Assembly (NCBI GenBank): GCA_943356415.1
Contig: CALREW010000002.1
Coordinates: forward strand, 6,639 to 70,638
DNA length: 64,000 nt
Reading direction: 5' to 3'
Origin: Candidatus Nomurabacteria bacterium
GTDB taxonomy: Bacteria > Patescibacteriota > Minisyncoccia > Phycocordibacterales > SBAW01
Of the stretch, positions 28,370 through 38,009 are shown in pieces (within the stretch, counting starts at the first letter, position 1; each line of letters begins with the position of its first letter). The position numbers were made by a program, and so were the translations under genes. Below the pieces are notes generated by a model that saw only the letters and a list, made by a program, of their open reading frames with translations, did not search any database and had not been told where the DNA came from.

Positions 28370-30124
28370 ATGGATCTGATTCGGCGGACACTCTCCGCCC
28401 GCATACACATTCCTGGCCTCACTGCGGCCAATGATATTGTCTCGGGACTAACCGGTCTCGGTCGTTTGTTATTCTTTTTCTTCGCCGGCCTTCTCGTCGC
28501 AAGCTCAATCGCGCTTGTGTGTATGGCGAGCAAGAACTTTCTCGTTGAAGTACCCGCTGCAGGCGGTTCTATCACTGAAGGAGACGTTGGTGCGCCGCGT
28601 TTTATCAACCCACTTCTTGCACTCTCAGAAGCAGATCGTGACGTGGTAGCGCTTGTATATTCGGGTCTTCTGCGCGCAACACCAGAAGGAACGTTTATTG
28701 CTGACCTCGCCGAGAGTTACTCCATAAGTGAGGACGGCAGAACCTATTCCTTTACGTTGCGTCCTGACGCCACCTTCCACGACGGCACACCCGTTACCGT
28801 AGACGACATTGTGTACACCGTTGAGCGCGCGCAAGATCCGGCCATCAAAAGTCCGAAGCGCGCCAACTGGGACGGCGTAACCGTTGAAAAAATTAACGAC
28901 CGCGAAGTTACCTTTACCCTGCGCGCGCCGTACGCTCCGTTTATCAGCAATGCCACGATGGGCATATTGCCCAAGCATCTTTGGGAAGAAGTCTCCGCTG
29001 AAGAATTTCCATTCAGCAACCTCAATACCGAAGCGATAGGTACCGGACCGTATTTCATATCGTCAGTCTCGCGCAATGCCTCGGGTATTCCAGACACGTA
29101 TCAACTGAGCCCCTTTAGTGACTACGCGCTTGGGAAGCCGTACCTCAGTCGCATTACGCTGCGTTTTTATGAAAGTGAGGATGAACTTATCAGTGCACTC
29201 AGCCGAGGAGAAGTCGAAGCAGCAAGCGGACTGACCCCCGCAAAACTCTCGTCGCTCCCTGAAGGAACGTCGATACGTCGCGCGCCGCTCAATCGTGTGT
29301 TTGGTGTCTTCTTCAATCAAAACCAATCCGAGGTACTCCGCGAACCTGAAGTGCGCACCGCGCTAAGCCAAGCAATCGACCGCGAGGCACTTGTTTCTGA
29401 AGTCCTCGAGAGTTACGCAACTCCTATTAACGAGCCTCTGCCGCCAGGCATCGCTCCGGCGTCACCTACACCAGTCGCAGTCGCAACCACGTCTCCATCC
29501 GCCGCAGCACGCGCATATCTTGAAGCGCGCGGTTGGAAATATGACGACAATCTTGGAGCGCTCGCACGAAAAAAAGGAAAGACGACCGAGGTACTGCGCT
29601 TCACACTCGCGACTGCGGATGTGCCTGAACTTCGCGCTGCCGCTGAGTTCGTTCGCGCTGCATGGAAACAAGCGGGTGCCGATGTTGAAGTAAAAATCTT
29701 CGAATCGGGGGACCTCAACCAAAACGTGATACGGCCACGCAAATACGACGCACTCCTCTTCGGCGAGATTGTGGGACGCGAACTTGATCTCTTTGCATTC
29801 TGGCACTCAAGCCAGCGCAACGACCCAGGGCTTAATATTGCCCTCTATGCAAATGCGACGTCCGACAACTTGCTTGAGGAATTACGTGTGGCACAAAGCG
29901 CATCGGAACGCCGCAGCTTGTATGAAAAGTTCCGTACCGAGCTCGCCAAAGATACGCCAGCGGTATTTCTCTACGCACCAGACTTTACCTACGCATTTCC
30001 AAACCACATCGAGGGTATGCAGCTGACTGCCATTTCGCAGCCCTCGGAACGCTTCCTTGACGTCTATCGTTGGCACCGCGAGGTTGACCTGGTTTGGACG
30101 TTCCTAACCCGTTTTACGCAATAA
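28370..30124 (+). CDS. ABC transporter substrate-binding protein, family 5 (peptide/nickel type), membrane-anchored
   Basis: N-terminal TM anchor plus SBP_bac_5-like regions (FTLRPDATFHDGTPVTVDDIVYTVERAQDPAIKSP...). Confidence 0.8.
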   Translation: MDLIRRTLSARIHIPGLTAANDIVSGLTGLGRLLFFFFAGLLVASSIALVCMASKNFLVEVPAAGGSITEGDVGAPRFINPLLALSEADRDVVALVYSGLLRATPEGTFIADLAESYSISEDGRTYSFTLRPDATFHDGTPVTVDDIVYTVERAQDPAIKSPKRANWDGVTVEKINDREVTFTLRAPYAPFISNATMGILPKHLWEEVSAEEFPFSNLNTEAIGTGPYFISSVSRNASGIPDTYQLSPFSDYALGKPYLSRITLRFYESEDELISALSRGEVEAASGLTPAKLSSLPEGTSIRRAPLNRVFGVFFNQNQSEVLREPEVRTALSQAIDREALVSEVLESYATPINEPLPPGIAPASPTPVAVATTSPSAAARAYLEARGWKYDDNLGALARKKGKTTEVLRFTLATADVPELRAAAEFVRAAWKQAGADVEVKIFESGDLNQNVIRPRKYDALLFGEIVGRELDLFAFWHSSQRNDPGLNIALYANATSDNLLEELRVAQSASERRSLYEKFRTELAKDTPAVFLYAPDFTYAFPNHIEGMQLTAISQPSERFLDVYRWHREVDLVWTFLTRFTQ

Positions 30125-30177
30125 GTTCGAGTGCAACTTTTACTAACAACTATCAATTAACATCTTCCGATTCGTTT

Positions 30178-32139
30178 ATGACTCCATCATCAGATAACAC
30201 AGCCAAGCCGCAGCGTTCGTCTCCGCAAGGAGGTTCCGCTGGTGCACGACGCGGCTCGCAAGGTCCTCGCCGATTTGGTGCCGCCGCAGGAGGAAATGGC
30301 CCACGTGGCGCACGACGTGGCGGACGTTCTATGCATCCTGCGCGCAGACAAACTCCCGGCTCGGCACCGCGCCCAGAGTTCGACCCAGACTTTGTTCGTC
30401 CTGCAGACGGTTTTGAAGGAGAAAGCGCTCCTGAGCGTGAGGCGGAGGACAACATTCCACCACTCGCTCCCGGAAACATCCGCATCATTCCGCTCGGCGG
30501 CGTCGAAGAAATCGGCCGCAACATGACACTGTTTGAGTACGGCGACGATATCATCATTGTCGACTGCGGGTTCCAATTCCGCGAAGACGATACGCCCGGC
30601 ATCGACTACATTCTGCCAAACACCAAATACCTCGAGGATCGGAAGAGTAAAATCCGCGGCATCTTCATTACGCACGGACACCTCGACCACATCGGCGCTA
30701 TCCCCTACGTTATCGACCGCATCGGGTATCCGCCGATTTACAGCCGTCGACTCACGACGGTGATGATCCGAAAGCGCCAGGAAGAATTTCCTCATCTGAA
30801 GACCATTGATATCCGCGAGGTTGAGAAAGAGGAGACGATACGCGCTGGCGCACTCAAGATTCGCTTCTTTGCGGTTACTCATACCATCCCCGACTCGATG
30901 GGTATCATCATTGAAACCCCGCACGGCGACATCGTTCACACGGGTGACCTCAAACTCGATCACGAAGGTGGCGTTCCGTCGAAGCGCGAAGAAGAAGCGT
31001 TCGGCATCTTCAAAAAAATGAATGTGTTGATGCTGCTTGCCGATTCAACGAACGTGGAGAAGCCGGGATTCTCAATTCCAGAAACGACGGTCTATAAAAA
31101 CATCGAGGAAGTCATACGCACGGTAAAGGGGCGTCTCGTTATCGGTACCTTCTCTTCACAGCTTGAGCGCATCATGAAGATTGTTGAGTTTGCTGAAGCA
31201 GCTGGCAAAAAAATCTGCATCGAAGGCCGCAGCATGAAGGTCAACGTAGAGATTGTGCTCCAGCTTGGCATGCTCAAAGCAAAGAAAGATACCTTCATCA
31301 CCGCCGAACAAATGGCGTCGCTTCCTGACAACAAGGTCATCGTACTTGCAACGGGCGCTCAAGGAGATGAGTTTGCTGCACTTATGCGCATGGCCATGAA
31401 GACGCACAAGTACGTCAAGATAAGCAAGAACGATACGGTATTGCTTTCATCGTCCGTCATCCCTGGCAACGAACGCTCCGTGCAGAAGCTCAAAGATAAC
31501 CTCAGCCGCCAAGGCGCGCGTATCATCCACCAAGCGACGATGGATGTTCACTCTTCAGGACACGCCAATCGTGACGAAGCTGTCTGGATACATCAAAAAG
31601 TTAATCCGCGCTTCTTCATTCCGCTGCACGGCTACCACTACATGCTCCGTGTACATGCCGATATCACCAAGGCGCTCGGCCGCGGCGAAGACGACGTAGT
31701 CATCGCTGACAACGGCACCATCATCGAAATACGCGATGAGGGCACAAAGCTGGTACGCCTCAAGGAAAGCGCCCCTACTTCGATTCGTATGGTTGACGGC
31801 TTCGCAATCGGCAACATCCAAGAAGTCGTTATCCGCGATCGCAAAGCGCTTGCCTCCGACGGTATGTTCGTCGTGATTGCGACCGTAAACCCAAAGACCG
31901 GCAAATTGCGCAAGTCACCTGACATCATCTCTCGCGGGTTCGTATACTTGCGCGAGTCGCAAGAACTCTTGCAGCAAGCGCGCATTATCGTCAAGAAAAC
32001 CATCGAGGACTCGAGTCACGGCCAACAGCCCATTAACTTTGATTTCGTGAAAGGCAATGTCACTGACGGTTTGTCGCGCTTCCTCTTCGGGAAGACCAAC
32101 AAACGCCCGTTAGTAATACCCGTGATACTTGGGGTATAG
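30178..32139 (+). CDS. rnj: ribonuclease J with an Arg/Gly-rich N-terminal extension
   Basis: Metallo-beta-lactamase / beta-CASP core (IIPLGGVEEIGRNM..., HGHLDHIGAIPYV) preceded by GSAGARRGSQGPRRFGAAAGGNGPRGARRGGRS. The tracked ORF starts at 30094, overlapping the upstream gene; the ATG at 30178 is more plausible. Confidence 0.85.
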   Translation: MTPSSDNTAKPQRSSPQGGSAGARRGSQGPRRFGAAAGGNGPRGARRGGRSMHPARRQTPGSAPRPEFDPDFVRPADGFEGESAPEREAEDNIPPLAPGNIRIIPLGGVEEIGRNMTLFEYGDDIIIVDCGFQFREDDTPGIDYILPNTKYLEDRKSKIRGIFITHGHLDHIGAIPYVIDRIGYPPIYSRRLTTVMIRKRQEEFPHLKTIDIREVEKEETIRAGALKIRFFAVTHTIPDSMGIIIETPHGDIVHTGDLKLDHEGGVPSKREEEAFGIFKKMNVLMLLADSTNVEKPGFSIPETTVYKNIEEVIRTVKGRLVIGTFSSQLERIMKIVEFAEAAGKKICIEGRSMKVNVEIVLQLGMLKAKKDTFITAEQMASLPDNKVIVLATGAQGDEFAALMRMAMKTHKYVKISKNDTVLLSSSVIPGNERSVQKLKDNLSRQGARIIHQATMDVHSSGHANRDEAVWIHQKVNPRFFIPLHGYHYMLRVHADITKALGRGEDDVVIADNGTIIEIRDEGTKLVRLKESAPTSIRMVDGFAIGNIQEVVIRDRKALASDGMFVVIATVNPKTGKLRKSPDIISRGFVYLRESQELLQQARIIVKKTIEDSSHGQQPINFDFVKGNVTDGLSRFLFGKTNKRPLVIPVILGV

Positions 32140-32206
32140 CCACTAGCCAATAGGGTTTAGGGAAATTTAATTCAATTCTAGTGGCTACACCCTAGTGGCT
32201 AATGCC
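32137..32206. repeat. intergenic palindromic repeat element, copy B
   Basis: TAGCCACTAGCCAATAGGGTTTAGGG...CTAGTGGCTACACCCTAGTGGCTAATGCC, between rnj and the MFS gene. Confidence 0.55.
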
Positions 32207-32235
32207 TGCGTCCATCGTGCTAGGATAACTCTGCA

Positions 32236-33375
32236 ATGCGGATGCTCTTCTGTGTGCTTACAGCGTTTCTCGCAGCCTTCCACGCCTACCTGACCGTCTA
32301 CATCAATTCGACGGTAGCCCTCAATAACGGTGGTCCCTGGGCAATCTCAAGCATATTTGTTGTGAGTGCCGTTGTGGCCCTATTCGCGTTTTATAACGCG
32401 CCACGGATGCTTGCACGCCTGGGCAACCGTCGATTTATCACGCTTTTCTCTCTGCTTGGCATTGCTGCACTTGTCGTACTTGCGATCTCGCATAATCCAA
32501 TTGCGATACTGATAGCGCTCGGCATACATGTCGCAGAAGCCCCTCTTATTGGGTATTCACTCGATATCTTCTTTGAATACGCGGTGCGTCGCGAAGGTGC
32601 AACCGGCGTTGCGCGTGGTTTATTTCTTACGGCAGGAAATACCGCGCTTGTTCTCTCCCCTCTTATTGCAGGAATCGTTCTTGATCACGCGGAGAGTTCT
32701 GCAGTGTATGGTCTTGCTGCAGCATTCCTTTTTGTGTTTTGGTCACTTTGCATGTTTTGTAGTCGCAACTTTAAGGACCCCGAGTATCGAAAAACAAACC
32801 TGCACGGCCTTCTAAAAACCGCGCGCGGCCACCTCGGTCCCGTGATTGCTGCACAATTCTGGCTGAGACTCTTCTATGGGTGGGCTCCTGTGTACTTGCC
32901 GCTGTATCTCACGACGATTCTTGGCTTTACATGGTCTCAAACTGGTTTTATTCTCGCGATTGCTCTTTTACCCTTTGTACTCTTTGAACTTCCCCTAGGG
33001 CGTCTCGAGGACGGGCTGTTGGGTGAGCGAGAAATACTCGCATTAGGATTTATTATTCTTTCATTTTCTATTATCGGTTTGTGGCTTGTGCCGTGGCACT
33101 CACTTATAGCCACTACGGTCATACTGTTCCTCAGCCGCACCGGCGCAGCCATGATAGAAATCGCTACCGAAACAAACTTCTTTAGGAGTGTTTCTGCCGA
33201 AAACGCAGACGCTATTGTTCTCTTTCGCATGATGCAACCGCTCGGCTGGATTGCTGGGGTAACGGTCGCCGCAGTAACCATCCTCCTAATTCCCTTTCCC
33301 TACGCGTTCGGTGTCCTTGGCGCGATAGTACTTCTCGGTCTCATCCCAACCATGCGTATCGAGGATTCCAAGTAG
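32236..33375 (+). CDS. MFS transporter
   Basis: 379 aa with about 12 TM helices and an MFS-like loop GNRRFITLFSLLG. Confidence 0.75.
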   Translation: MRMLFCVLTAFLAAFHAYLTVYINSTVALNNGGPWAISSIFVVSAVVALFAFYNAPRMLARLGNRRFITLFSLLGIAALVVLAISHNPIAILIALGIHVAEAPLIGYSLDIFFEYAVRREGATGVARGLFLTAGNTALVLSPLIAGIVLDHAESSAVYGLAAAFLFVFWSLCMFCSRNFKDPEYRKTNLHGLLKTARGHLGPVIAAQFWLRLFYGWAPVYLPLYLTTILGFTWSQTGFILAIALLPFVLFELPLGRLEDGLLGEREILALGFIILSFSIIGLWLVPWHSLIATTVILFLSRTGAAMIEIATETNFFRSVSAENADAIVLFRMMQPLGWIAGVTVAAVTILLIPFPYAFGVLGAIVLLGLIPTMRIEDSK

Positions 33376-33399
33376 AAATGAGAGAGGCTCGGGCCTCTC

Positions 33400-34230
33400 T
33401 CATTTGGCGAGATAAAACTTGGTACCCCTCCTCTGCACTAATCCGTTTTTTATAAGTCCCGCAAGTGCCTGAGTAACTTCAGGCATGCCTTTGCCGATAC
33501 GTCTTTGTAGTGGCGCCTTAGCAACTCCTCCCTTCCCCAATTCCCGCATAATGGCTCCACGCACTTGCCTGAGCGATCCTTCAAATTTAGTTTGCTTCGT
33601 ATAGCCCCGCGACTGTGCGTTAAGTCGCACGCCTTGCTTCTTTAAATGAGCGCCGTAATCCATGAGGGCTGCATACCAGTCCCGTGCCATTTTTCCTTTG
33701 GTTGGTTTCAGATGTGAAAGTATTGCAAGAATCTCCTCGTCACGCACTGCTTTTTTCTTCGGGAAAAAATGATGGAGTACTGCGGTGCGAATATTGGTTT
33801 CGATAAATGGCTCGGGATGGCCGTATGCAAACGCACGTATCGCTCCTGCAGTGTAAGGGCCTATGCCAGGAAGGGCGTGCAGGTACTCAAGGTCATCTTT
33901 GATGACTCCTCCGCTTTTAGCAATGGCATGTGCGGCGTCGCGCAAATATTTCGCACGGCGGTTATACCCAAGACCGCTCCACTGTTTGTACACTGCCGAC
34001 AAACTTGCACGCGCCAGCGACTCAACATCAGGAAATGCGTTAACAAATGCATTGAATTTTGGCACCACCCGATCAACTTGGGTTTGCTGCAACATAAGTT
34101 CAGAGACCAACACTCGATATGGGGTTTGCGTGACCCGCCACGGCAGCGAATGTCGCCCACGCGCTTTAAAATGGCTCAACGTGGCCGCTTTAAACTTCTT
34201 CTCTTTCTCTCTTTTGATCGCAGGCATCAT
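33400..34230 (-). CDS. HhH-GPD superfamily DNA glycosylase (MutY/EndoIII-like N-terminal domain, no Fe-S cysteine cluster)
   Basis: LPWRVTQTPYRVLVSELMLQQTQV and a helix-hairpin-helix LHALPGIGPYTAGAIRAFAYG. There is no C-x6-C-x2-C-x5-C motif, and the catalytic position reads IETN instead of VDGN/VDTN. Confidence 0.7.
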   Translation of the reverse strand: MMPAIKREKEKKFKAATLSHFKARGRHSLPWRVTQTPYRVLVSELMLQQTQVDRVVPKFNAFVNAFPDVESLARASLSAVYKQWSGLGYNRRAKYLRDAAHAIAKSGGVIKDDLEYLHALPGIGPYTAGAIRAFAYGHPEPFIETNIRTAVLHHFFPKKKAVRDEEILAILSHLKPTKGKMARDWYAALMDYGAHLKKQGVRLNAQSRGYTKQTKFEGSLRQVRGAIMRELGKGGVAKAPLQRRIGKGMPEVTQALAGLIKNGLVQRRGTKFYLAK

Positions 34231-34333
34231 GGGGATGTCCGTATGGTAGCAAAACGTGAGCTTGGTAAAATAAAGGTAGGTCGAGACAGTCTCTTTGTTT
34301 ATCTAAATCTAATGAAATAACGCGATTAGTACT

Positions 34334-34705
34334 ATGGCAAAGACAGTATTGTATGTGCTCGGCGTCGTGCTTACGCTTGTAGGCATTTTGGGTTTTGTCT
34401 TACCGTCGCCACTTCTCGGCCTCTTCACGGTTAATACGCTGCATAGCGTTATTCACCTTGCTTCAGGCGTTATCTTCCTTGCAGTTGCATGGATGGCACC
34501 AATGCAGGCCAGCATGACCGCCAAGATTTTTGGTGTCATCTATGGCGTCGTTGCAGCACTCGGACTTATTATGGGCGGCGATATGCTACTGGGGCTTATT
34601 GCGGTCGATATGATGGATCACTACCTTCATATTGCACTCGCCTTGGTTCTTCTCTGTGCTGGCTTTATGTCAAAACCAGCTATGGGTGCTGCGCCGATGG
34701 CATAG
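34334..34705 (+). CDS. DUF4383-like small membrane protein
   Basis: 123 aa with 4 TM helices. Confidence 0.5.
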   Translation: MAKTVLYVLGVVLTLVGILGFVLPSPLLGLFTVNTLHSVIHLASGVIFLAVAWMAPMQASMTAKIFGVIYGVVAALGLIMGGDMLLGLIAVDMMDHYLHIALALVLLCAGFMSKPAMGAAPMA

Positions 34706-34729
34706 CATTTTCTATTCATTCGATACAAA

Positions 34730-34757
34730 CAAAAAACTCCCTTGCGGGAGTTTTTTG
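34730..34757. terminator. bidirectional rho-independent terminator
   Basis: AAAAAACTCCCTTGCGGGAGTTTTTTG, between convergent genes. Confidence 0.65.
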
Positions 34758-34778
34758 TTGTTTCCGGACTCTTTCGAG

Positions 34779-35030
34779 TTAGGCTTTCGGGCGAGCTTCG
34801 CTCACGGTGAGCGAACGACCGCCAAAATCCTTACCATTCCACATTTCGATTGCAGCCTGTGCCTCAGCATCAGATGCCATCTCGACGAAGCCGAAACCCT
34901 TCGAGCGGCCAGTCTCACGGTCCATAACGATGGAAGCCGATGCAACTGATCCAGCCTGAGCGAAGGACTCTTCGAGCTCCTCTTTGGTGGTGCGGTACGG
35001 GAGACCGCCTACGAATAGCTTTGTAGCCAT
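34779..35030 (-). CDS. RRM-type RNA-binding protein (glycine-poor, single RRM)
   Basis: RNP2 KLFVGGL and RNP1 KGFGFVEM. An untranslated leader of about 100 nt lies upstream. Confidence 0.8.
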   Translation of the reverse strand: MATKLFVGGLPYRTTKEELEESFAQAGSVASASIVMDRETGRSKGFGFVEMASDAEAQAAIEMWNGKDFGGRSLTVSEARPKA

Positions 35031-35131
35031 TGCGTTGTTGTGAACTAGGTTGTTAACGTTCCGCGTAAGGCGACCTTCCGCACAGAACCACTTGGGAGAA
35101 CCAAGGGGGCGAGTACTTACGGCGAACAGCG

Positions 35132-35974
35132 CTACGGTAGCACAGTTCGCAAGTCTTGGGAAGAGGCATTCAACTCCCCCGCAAAAGTGGCGTCTGCCTT
35201 AGCAATCGCTGCTTTGCGCTCATCGGCAAGCACCGCAAGCGAAGCCATCAGACGAGTACGGTCAGTAAGTTTCGCCGTATAGGAACGCTCAACTGCCGCG
35301 AGGACTTTTTGAAGCTCAGTCCGGACTGCCGCCACATCAGAACCACTACGGCAGCGTGTGTCGCTTGCCGCAATTGCTTCAGAGAGTTCCGTGCGCATCT
35401 GCTCACCGAGTGTTTTTACTTCCGCGGCACGCTCGCGCAACCGTGCTGAAACTCCTTCGGCGTAAATACGTGCCGCAGCGTCGACTGCATCACGACGCAC
35501 ATCAGACGCTTTAACAACGCGTACTTTAAATGTGCTTACTGCCGCCTTCTTGGCTGCATCGGTTCCAGCTATTGTTTCAAGTCGCTTGAAATATGCTTCA
35601 AGTTTCACATCAGCCGCTGCGCGCGTGCTCGCATTGGTACTCTTCGCAGAAAGAGCTGCTGCGGTGCGCGCCTCCTTCTCTTCCGCTTTCTTTTGATACT
35701 CCGCAGCCGCCGAGGCAAGACGTGCAGACACCGATCCATTGAGCGAACCGAGTCGTGCGCACACGCCACTTAACGAGACTGCAGCAGCACTCGATGGGCG
35801 GCTATTAAGAGCATTCCCCGAATTGTTCAAAAAATCCGGAAACGAGAACGCCACAGCAGAAAGCGGCGCACATGCCATGGCTATCGTCACGCCACCACAA
35901 AGGCCGATACGCGCTATGTTAGATACTGTTTGCATCATAGGGGTTTTCATACGTGGAAAGTGCGTCGGAGTCAT
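35132..35974 (-). CDS. hypothetical Ala-rich coiled-coil secreted protein
   Basis: 280 aa with a signal-like N-terminus, directly downstream of the anti-sigma gene. Confidence 0.4.
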   Translation of the reverse strand: MTPTHFPRMKTPMMQTVSNIARIGLCGGVTIAMACAPLSAVAFSFPDFLNNSGNALNSRPSSAAAVSLSGVCARLGSLNGSVSARLASAAAEYQKKAEEKEARTAAALSAKSTNASTRAAADVKLEAYFKRLETIAGTDAAKKAAVSTFKVRVVKASDVRRDAVDAAARIYAEGVSARLRERAAEVKTLGEQMRTELSEAIAASDTRCRSGSDVAAVRTELQKVLAAVERSYTAKLTDRTRLMASLAVLADERKAAIAKADATFAGELNASSQDLRTVLP

Positions 35975-36578
35975 CCGCAGCCGAAGTTGCGCTCGACTGC
36001 GCGGTATCCGCTTGCTGCGAATCGCTTTTCATTTCATCAGAAAATACAGAGGCAAGTTCTTGATCTTGCGGGGTCGCGTTTTGTGTTGAAAACGTGGTCG
36101 GTGCCATTTTCATCGCCATTGGACTATTTTGTGATCCGTCACTTAGTGATGCAGGCGCTGTGGCATCCACATTAGTACGAGACGCATCATTTGAGCTGAC
36201 AGGCTCTGTTGTACCGTCTTCGTTCTTCGGTTGATTGTTCCCAACAGGAAGCACTACTGCGCCCGTCGCAACAAGCATTATCAAAAGCACCGGCAATACG
36301 AGCGCCGTGCGATAGGCCACAAAAAACGACGACACCCGCACGTACATTGAAGGGAGCGCCTCGGCGCGTGCATCCATAACACGCATCGAAGAGAGTGCGC
36401 GGCGCAAACCGTCGGGGTCGGGCTTCATAGAAGAAAAGCTCGCAGCGTTTTCTCTTATATTTGCATATTGTGCAAGTTCGGAAGCTAATGCGGGGTATGC
36501 ACGCGTAAGCACGTCGAGGCTTTCCCCGTTGATGAGTCGCTCAAGCGCAATATCCAGTTGGTTGTTTTCGGTACTCAT
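35919..36578 (-). CDS. putative anti-sigma factor (single TM helix, Ser/Thr/Asp-rich extracytoplasmic tail)
   Basis: Directly follows the ECF sigma gene, with the start MSTENNQLDIALERLING about 8 nt after the sigma stop. One TM helix ALVLPVLLIMLVATGAVVL. Confidence 0.5.
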   Translation of the reverse strand: MSTENNQLDIALERLINGESLDVLTRAYPALASELAQYANIRENAASFSSMKPDPDGLRRALSSMRVMDARAEALPSMYVRVSSFFVAYRTALVLPVLLIMLVATGAVVLPVGNNQPKNEDGTTEPVSSNDASRTNVDATAPASLSDGSQNSPMAMKMAPTTFSTQNATPQDQELASVFSDEMKSDSQQADTAQSSATSAADDSDALSTYENPYDANSI

Positions 36579-36585
36579 GGCTTTT

Positions 36586-37152
36586 TTAGGAAAGATACCC
36601 GTGATCTGCAAAGTAAGTTTTGAGTGCCCGCAGTGCTCTCACCTGCAGCTGGCGGACCGCCTCCTCACTTTTACCAAGAACGGCTGCCGCTTCTTTCACC
36701 GGTTTCTCTTCTATCAACCGTAATGATATGACATGCTGCTGCTCCTCGGTAAGGGTCTCCATCGCCTCGCGCAAATGCCCTGTATCCCACAAAAGACTTG
36801 CAGACTCTTGAGGCGTTGGCATGGTGGTATCCGGAATGTCCGGCATATCCATTTCATCCAATCGCTCAGTCTTCCTCTTTTTACGATAATCGATGATGGT
36901 ATTGCGAGCCGTCGTGTAGAGGAACCCTAACGGATGTGCGTCGCGCATTTCAAAACGATCGAGATATCCATAGACCTTGAGAAAGACATCTTGTGCCAAA
37001 TCTTCGGCTACTTCTTTCTCTTTCACTCGAAGAATGATGAAGCGATATACCGGGGTATACCATTCTTCATAGAGCTTCGCGAAAGCGTCTTGGTCGCCAT
37101 CCTTGGCGAGCCCTATAAGTTCTCTAAATCGGTCTGCTGCGCTCCTATCCAT
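36586..37152 (-). CDS. ECF-type RNA polymerase sigma-70 factor
   Basis: Region 2 (FAKLYEEWYTPVYRFIILRVKEKEVAEDLAQDVFLKVY) and region 4 HTH (EKPVKEAAAVLGKSEEAVRQLQVRALRALK). Confidence 0.85.
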   Translation of the reverse strand: MDRSAADRFRELIGLAKDGDQDAFAKLYEEWYTPVYRFIILRVKEKEVAEDLAQDVFLKVYGYLDRFEMRDAHPLGFLYTTARNTIIDYRKKRKTERLDEMDMPDIPDTTMPTPQESASLLWDTGHLREAMETLTEEQQHVISLRLIEEKPVKEAAAVLGKSEEAVRQLQVRALRALKTYFADHGYLS

Positions 37153-37250
37153 AGATAACGGTCAAAGCTCCATCGTGTGACCCTCTCTTGATGGAGAAGG
37201 TCGGACAGAGACTGGTATATACACGATTCTAACACCTAAAATAAGGCTGG

Positions 37251-37312
37251 TTAGCCACTAGCGTATAGCCACTAGAGGGTCGTTCCCTAGACCCAAGTGG
37301 CCAGTGGCTAAT
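37251..37312. repeat. intergenic palindromic repeat element, copy C
   Basis: TTAGCCACTAGCGTATAGCCACTAGAGGGTCGTTCCCTAGACCCAAGTGGCCAGTGGCTAAT. Confidence 0.55.
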
Positions 37313-37316
37313 TCCC

Positions 37317-38009
37317 TTATTGAAGTTCGAGCGTAACGACCAGGCGCTTGTCATAGCTGCGAGCGCCTTTGTCCCATGCACCATCGCACGTAATAAGCAC
37401 GAGACGCGAAAGTCCTCCTGTACTAAAAATATCTTTCACCGGAGCATCGTGTGCCCCGTACACAGTTATCTCACGAACAACATAACGAGCTTCTGCGTTC
37501 TCTCCTACCACCTGCACCGTGTCACCAAGTTGCAATTGATTGAGATTCTCAAAAACGCCAGCAAGACCGAGGCTATTGTTGAGGTGTCCTGCAATAACGG
37601 TCGTTCCCGCTTCACCCGGTGCAGCACCGTTCTTGTACCATGCAACTGTTTTATAGCCTGACGGTACCGCCATATTCCCGGCGGCATTGAGACCCACTTG
37701 CTCAACTGCCGCATCAACGCCAATAGAAGGTGCGACGAGGCGCAGCGGTATAAACGACGCGCGTACTGACTCTGACGGACGCGGAAGTGCTGCGGCGCTT
37801 GCGTGTGGTGCGTCCGGAGACCAGAGTGGTAGACGCGAGAGTATATCTATCGCACCAACGAGCACGAAAATAAGTCCGACAAACAGTGCCACAAGTCTCC
37901 CTGGCGTTAGCCAGGGTTCCTCGTAGAGCGCAGCTATCTTAGCCGACGAGAGTGCGTACAGCGGAGCGGACATGGGGGTAAGCAAGGATGAGCGCGAGAG
38001 GCATCGCAA
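37317..38009 (-). CDS. sortase (transpeptidase)
   Basis: Catalytic TLxTC motif (RLVLITCDG), conserved His (VIAGHLNN) and Arg, and an N-terminal TM anchor. Confidence 0.8.
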   Translation of the reverse strand: MRCLSRSSLLTPMSAPLYALSSAKIAALYEEPWLTPGRLVALFVGLIFVLVGAIDILSRLPLWSPDAPHASAAALPRPSESVRASFIPLRLVAPSIGVDAAVEQVGLNAAGNMAVPSGYKTVAWYKNGAAPGEAGTTVIAGHLNNSLGLAGVFENLNQLQLGDTVQVVGENAEARYVVREITVYGAHDAPVKDIFSTGGLSRLVLITCDGAWDKGARSYDKRLVVTLELQ

